Assembly (NCBI GenBank): GCA_004213605.1
Contig: SGZC01000001.1
Span: 1-39,862 of the forward strand
Reading direction: 5' to 3'
DNA from: Flavobacteriales bacterium
Lineage (GTDB): Bacteria; Bacteroidota; Bacteroidia; Flavobacteriales; Flavobacteriaceae
DNA length: 39,862 bases
The notes below the pieces were generated by a model. The model saw nothing but the letters and a program-made list of their open reading frames with translations, ran no database searches and was not told the DNA's origin. A program made the translations under genes and the position numbers. Shown here piece by piece: positions 36,706-39,862 of this stretch; the first letter of the stretch is position 1; every line of letters begins with the position of its first letter.

Positions 36706-38214
36706 TCAAAACAATTTATCATTGTCTATGTCGATAGCACTTAGAAACAAAATCGTATTTTCAATATCCTTAGCTAAAATTCTATCTTCTTCAACTAATG
36801 GAACAATTTTTCGGTAGTTATGAATAAAATCTTCTATTGACTTTGAGGATTTCAAAGGTCTCCGAAATGATAAGGCTTGCGAAGCATTCATTAACTCAAT
36901 GGCTAAAATTCGTTCTAAATTAGTAACTATTTGAAAACATTTTGTTGCAGCATTTGCACCCATACTTACATGATCTTCTTGACCATTGGACGAAACAATT
37001 GAGTCTGTTGAAGAAGGTGTAGCAAGTTGTTTATTTTGACTCACTATACTTGCTGCGGTATATTGAGGGATCATAAAACCACTATTGATTCCAGGTTTTT
37101 TTACTAAAAATGGTGGAAGGTTTCTTAAACCAGCGATCAATTGGTAGGTTCTTCGTTCCGATATATTCCCTAATTCAGCTAATGAAATTCCTAAATAATC
37201 AAGCGCCATAGCGAGTGGCTGTCCATGAAAATTTCCTCCAGATATAATCTTATTGTCATCCACAAAAATATTAGGATTATCGGTAACTGAATTAATTTCT
37301 GTTTTGAATGTTTTAGTTACGAACGCAAGGGTGTCCTTAGAGGCTCCATGTACCTGCGGTATGCATCGAAATGAATAAGGATCTTGGATGCTTTTATTTT
37401 TTGAATTAGCAATTTCACTCCCCTCCAAAAGCTCTAAAACTCGCTCTGCAGTTTTAATTTGACCCCGATGTGGCCGAACATAGTGAACCAGCGGATCATA
37501 GGGACTCATATTACAATTAAACGCGTCAATAGATATGCAGGAAATCAAATCTGACAAATACGAAAGTTTGTGGCTTTTTATTAAAGCGTAGATCCCGTAA
37601 GCACTCATAAATTGAGTTCCATTTAATAGCGCTAGACCTTCCTTGGCTTGTAACTTAATGGGGGTAATATTTAATTGACTTAAGATCGTTTTTGAAGAAC
37701 AAATTTCATTTTGATAATATACCTCACCTTTCCCGATTAATGGTAAAGCCAAATGTGCTAAAGGAGCTAAATCTCCGGAGGCTCCAAGACTTCCCAACTC
37801 ATAAATAACTGGAATAATATTTAAATTATAAAAATCAACTAAACGTTGAACTGTTTTTAATTGTACCCCACTATAACCATAACTTAATGATTGTATTTTG
37901 AGTAGTAACATCAATTTCACAATTTGCTTTGGCACCAAATTACCAGTCCCGCAAGCGTGTGACATTACAATATTTTCCTGAAGTTTAGTTAAATTATTTG
38001 AATCGATTTTTACGTTGTAAAGAGATCCAAATCCAGTATTGATACCGTATATAGGCTGACTGTTATCTGCTATTTTTTTATCTAAGTATTTTTTTGCTTT
38101 TTTTATGGTTAAAATTGCTTCATCAGATAATTCTAAAATTTTTTGCTCCTCGATAATTGCTTTTATGGTAGGTAAATCTAATAATTCAGCACCTATATAG
38201 TGATGTTTTGACAT
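36706..38214 (-). CDS. hutH: Histidine ammonia-lyase
   Basis: YGINTGFG, MIO motif GASGDL, QDPYSFRC, GGNFHG, QEDHVSMG. Confidence 0.95.
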   Translation of the reverse strand: MSKHHYIGAELLDLPTIKAIIEEQKILELSDEAILTIKKAKKYLDKKIADNSQPIYGINTGFGSLYNVKIDSNNLTKLQENIVMSHACGTGNLVPKQIVKLMLLLKIQSLSYGYSGVQLKTVQRLVDFYNLNIIPVIYELGSLGASGDLAPLAHLALPLIGKGEVYYQNEICSSKTILSQLNITPIKLQAKEGLALLNGTQFMSAYGIYALIKSHKLSYLSDLISCISIDAFNCNMSPYDPLVHYVRPHRGQIKTAERVLELLEGSEIANSKNKSIQDPYSFRCIPQVHGASKDTLAFVTKTFKTEINSVTDNPNIFVDDNKIISGGNFHGQPLAMALDYLGISLAELGNISERRTYQLIAGLRNLPPFLVKKPGINSGFMIPQYTAASIVSQNKQLATPSSTDSIVSSNGQEDHVSMGANAATKCFQIVTNLERILAIELMNASQALSFRRPLKSSKSIEDFIHNYRKIVPLVEEDRILAKDIENTILFLSAIDIDNDKLF

Positions 38215-38236
38215 AAGTATAAATCAATTTAAAAAA

Positions 38237-38304
38237 CAAAAATACTAATTCCTTGTTAAGAATACGCTTATTTTTAAAACAGTATAAATATTATAGTATT
38301 TTTG
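38237..38304. promoter_or_regulatory. Divergent -7 boxes for hutH and the TlpA gene
   Basis: TATTTTTG on the minus strand at 38237-38244 and on the plus strand at 38297-38304, each 20-22 nt from its ATG. Confidence 0.55.
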
Positions 38305-38324
38305 CAATCTAATAACACTTTTCT

Positions 38325-39689
38325 ATGAAAAATATATTTTCACTACTTTTTGTAATAACTCTATTTTCGTGTCAAAATGAAACTGATTCTTCATATATCA
38401 TTTTTAAAGGTCAACTTTTAAATAACACTGCGAATACTGTTAAAATTTCTGGAAATAATTTTGAAAAAGAAATATTTATTACGCAAAATGGTGTTTTTTT
38501 AGATACCTTATTCGTACAAAATAACGGGTACTACTCCTTACGAATTGGAAGGGAAAGCACCCCTATTTATTTAATGAAAGGTACTTCTTTAAATTTGACT
38601 ACAGATATTGAAGAATTTGATGAGAAGCTCAATTACTCTGGTGAAACAGCTCCGGAAAACAACTATTTGGCTGCAAAATATTTATTATCTGAAAGCGAGA
38701 TGACTTTTGACAAAGTGTATGCTTTACCACAAAAAAAGTTTATAGCAGAAGTTAACAAACTCAACAATAGTTACTCGAATTTACTAAATTCAAGTCCAAA
38801 AATCTCTAAAGAATTTAAAAGCAAAGAGTTAAAAGAACTTGAATATGCTCATATTAACAACATTGAGAATTATGAATCATACCATCAATACTTAACAAAA
38901 GATCCTACGTTTAAAGCTGACGAAACTTTATATAGAGATTATAAAAAATTCAACTTTAATGATATAGAGGCCTTTAAAACATCTAATGCTTATAAGCGAT
39001 TATTAGAATCTCATTATCGACGAATCGCCCAAAATGAAGCAACACTTCATGCTAATGACCTCACCTTAGTTTATCTTGAAACAATCGATACTAGTTTTCC
39101 AGACGGTCCTGTAAAGGATGAATTGATGTTCAACTATTTACGTTATGGAATGAAAGCTAATGCAGCATTAGAAGAGGTATATAAACTTTATCAATCTTCC
39201 AATCAAAACTCTGAAAACCTGTCCAAAGTGACAAGTTCTTACAAGGTCTTATCGAATTTAACACCAGGTAAAGCCTCTCCTACTTTTACTTACGAAAATT
39301 ATAAGGGTGGCGTAACTAGTCTACAAGATTTGGCAGGAAAAATTGTATATATTGATGTTTGGGCTACTTGGTGTGGGCCTTGTTTAAGAGAAATACCAGC
39401 TTTAAAAAATTTGGAAAAAGATTATCACGATAAAAATATAGCTTTTGTTAGTCTATCGATTGATGAGGAAAAGGATTACCAAAAATGGAGATCTATGATT
39501 GCTGACAGAGCATTGAGTGGTATTCAGCTTATGGCGGACAATAATTGGAAGTCTTCTTTTGTTACTTCCTACGGAATTAGAGGAATTCCAAGATTCATAT
39601 TGGTCGATACCGCGGGTAATATTATTAATTCTGACGCTCCAAGGCCTAACAACCCAGAAATTAGAACGATATTAAATAATTTACTTTAA
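38325..39689 (+). CDS. TlpA-family disulfide reductase lipoprotein
   Basis: Lipobox LFSC; YIDVWATWCGPC; GIPRF cis-Pro loop. Confidence 0.9.
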   Translation: MKNIFSLLFVITLFSCQNETDSSYIIFKGQLLNNTANTVKISGNNFEKEIFITQNGVFLDTLFVQNNGYYSLRIGRESTPIYLMKGTSLNLTTDIEEFDEKLNYSGETAPENNYLAAKYLLSESEMTFDKVYALPQKKFIAEVNKLNNSYSNLLNSSPKISKEFKSKELKELEYAHINNIENYESYHQYLTKDPTFKADETLYRDYKKFNFNDIEAFKTSNAYKRLLESHYRRIAQNEATLHANDLTLVYLETIDTSFPDGPVKDELMFNYLRYGMKANAALEEVYKLYQSSNQNSENLSKVTSSYKVLSNLTPGKASPTFTYENYKGGVTSLQDLAGKIVYIDVWATWCGPCLREIPALKNLEKDYHDKNIAFVSLSIDEEKDYQKWRSMIADRALSGIQLMADNNWKSSFVTSYGIRGIPRFILVDTAGNIINSDAPRPNNPEIRTILNNLL

Positions 39690-39862
39690 TCCTCATTATT
39701 TAATTTTTTCAGTTTTTTATTCATTATAAAAAACCAAAGTGGTTGTAGTAGCGCAATCAACATCATCCCAGGGTAACCCGTTGGCATTTGTGGGCTAGAT
39801 TCTATCGATTTTAGCAGTTGATATTTTTTACTGCCATTATAATGATGATCTGCATGACGAGA
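39686..39862 (-). CDS. alkB: Alkane 1-monooxygenase AlkB-like, C-terminal fragment
   Basis: Hand translation SRHADHHYNGSKKYQLL...SPQMPTGYPGMM...PLWF..MN...* matches the AlkB third His box (LQRHSDHH type) and PQLPxGY region. Confidence 0.8.
   Translation of the reverse strand, partial: SRHADHHYNGSKKYQLLKSIESSPQMPTGYPGMMLIALLQPLWFFIMNKKLKKLNNED

Noticed and set aside
36706-38214. Orphan hutH as a secondary-metabolite (PAL/TAL) enzyme
   Set aside because: It has the His-specific SH motif (MSHACG), no biosynthetic neighbours, and hut genes are often dispersed in this lineage.
1-39862. CRISPR arrays, rRNA, riboswitches, defence systems
   Set aside because: I recognised no repeat-spacer periodicity or relevant motifs by eye. 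An Rfam or DefenseFinder run would be needed to exclude divergent cases.

Overview
AT-rich chromosomal segment of a Bacteroidota bacterium, most likely Flavobacteriaceae. This assignment rests on TAnnTTTG promoter boxes, A-rich translation starts without Shine-Dalgarno sites, and the gene repertoire. Most of the window is housekeeping and envelope genes: a GH3/serine-hydrolase fusion (partial), a split FadF/HdrD-like Fe-S oxidoreductase with a small HAD gene between its halves, mlaD, an amidase, lptD, ridA, tamB, tsaD, rsmE, DUF4159, a TrmH-family gene, an AI-2E transporter and a THUMP-like methyltransferase. Three tRNAs (Ser-GCT, Pro-TGG, Arg-TCT) come next, within a short accessory-looking stretch holding outer-membrane barrels, a K+ channel and phhB. 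The rest comprises a 7TM-HD phosphohydrolase, a thiolase, an NlpC/P60 peptidase, a TPR protein, gyrA, clpC, hutH, a TlpA lipoprotein and the 3' end of alkB. I found no CRISPR array, transposase, integrase or defence system, and no clearly new large system. The best leads are small: an unannotated 26-aa membrane microprotein with its own promoter, two genes that appear to need non-canonical start codons, a 22-bp tandem duplication of a stop/start junction, a degenerate copy of the tRNA-Arg 3' end, a sigma54-type site before clpC, and the uncharacterised mlaD-FeS-HAD-CCG-ORF-nagZ operon. Product names come from motif recognition only; no searches were run.
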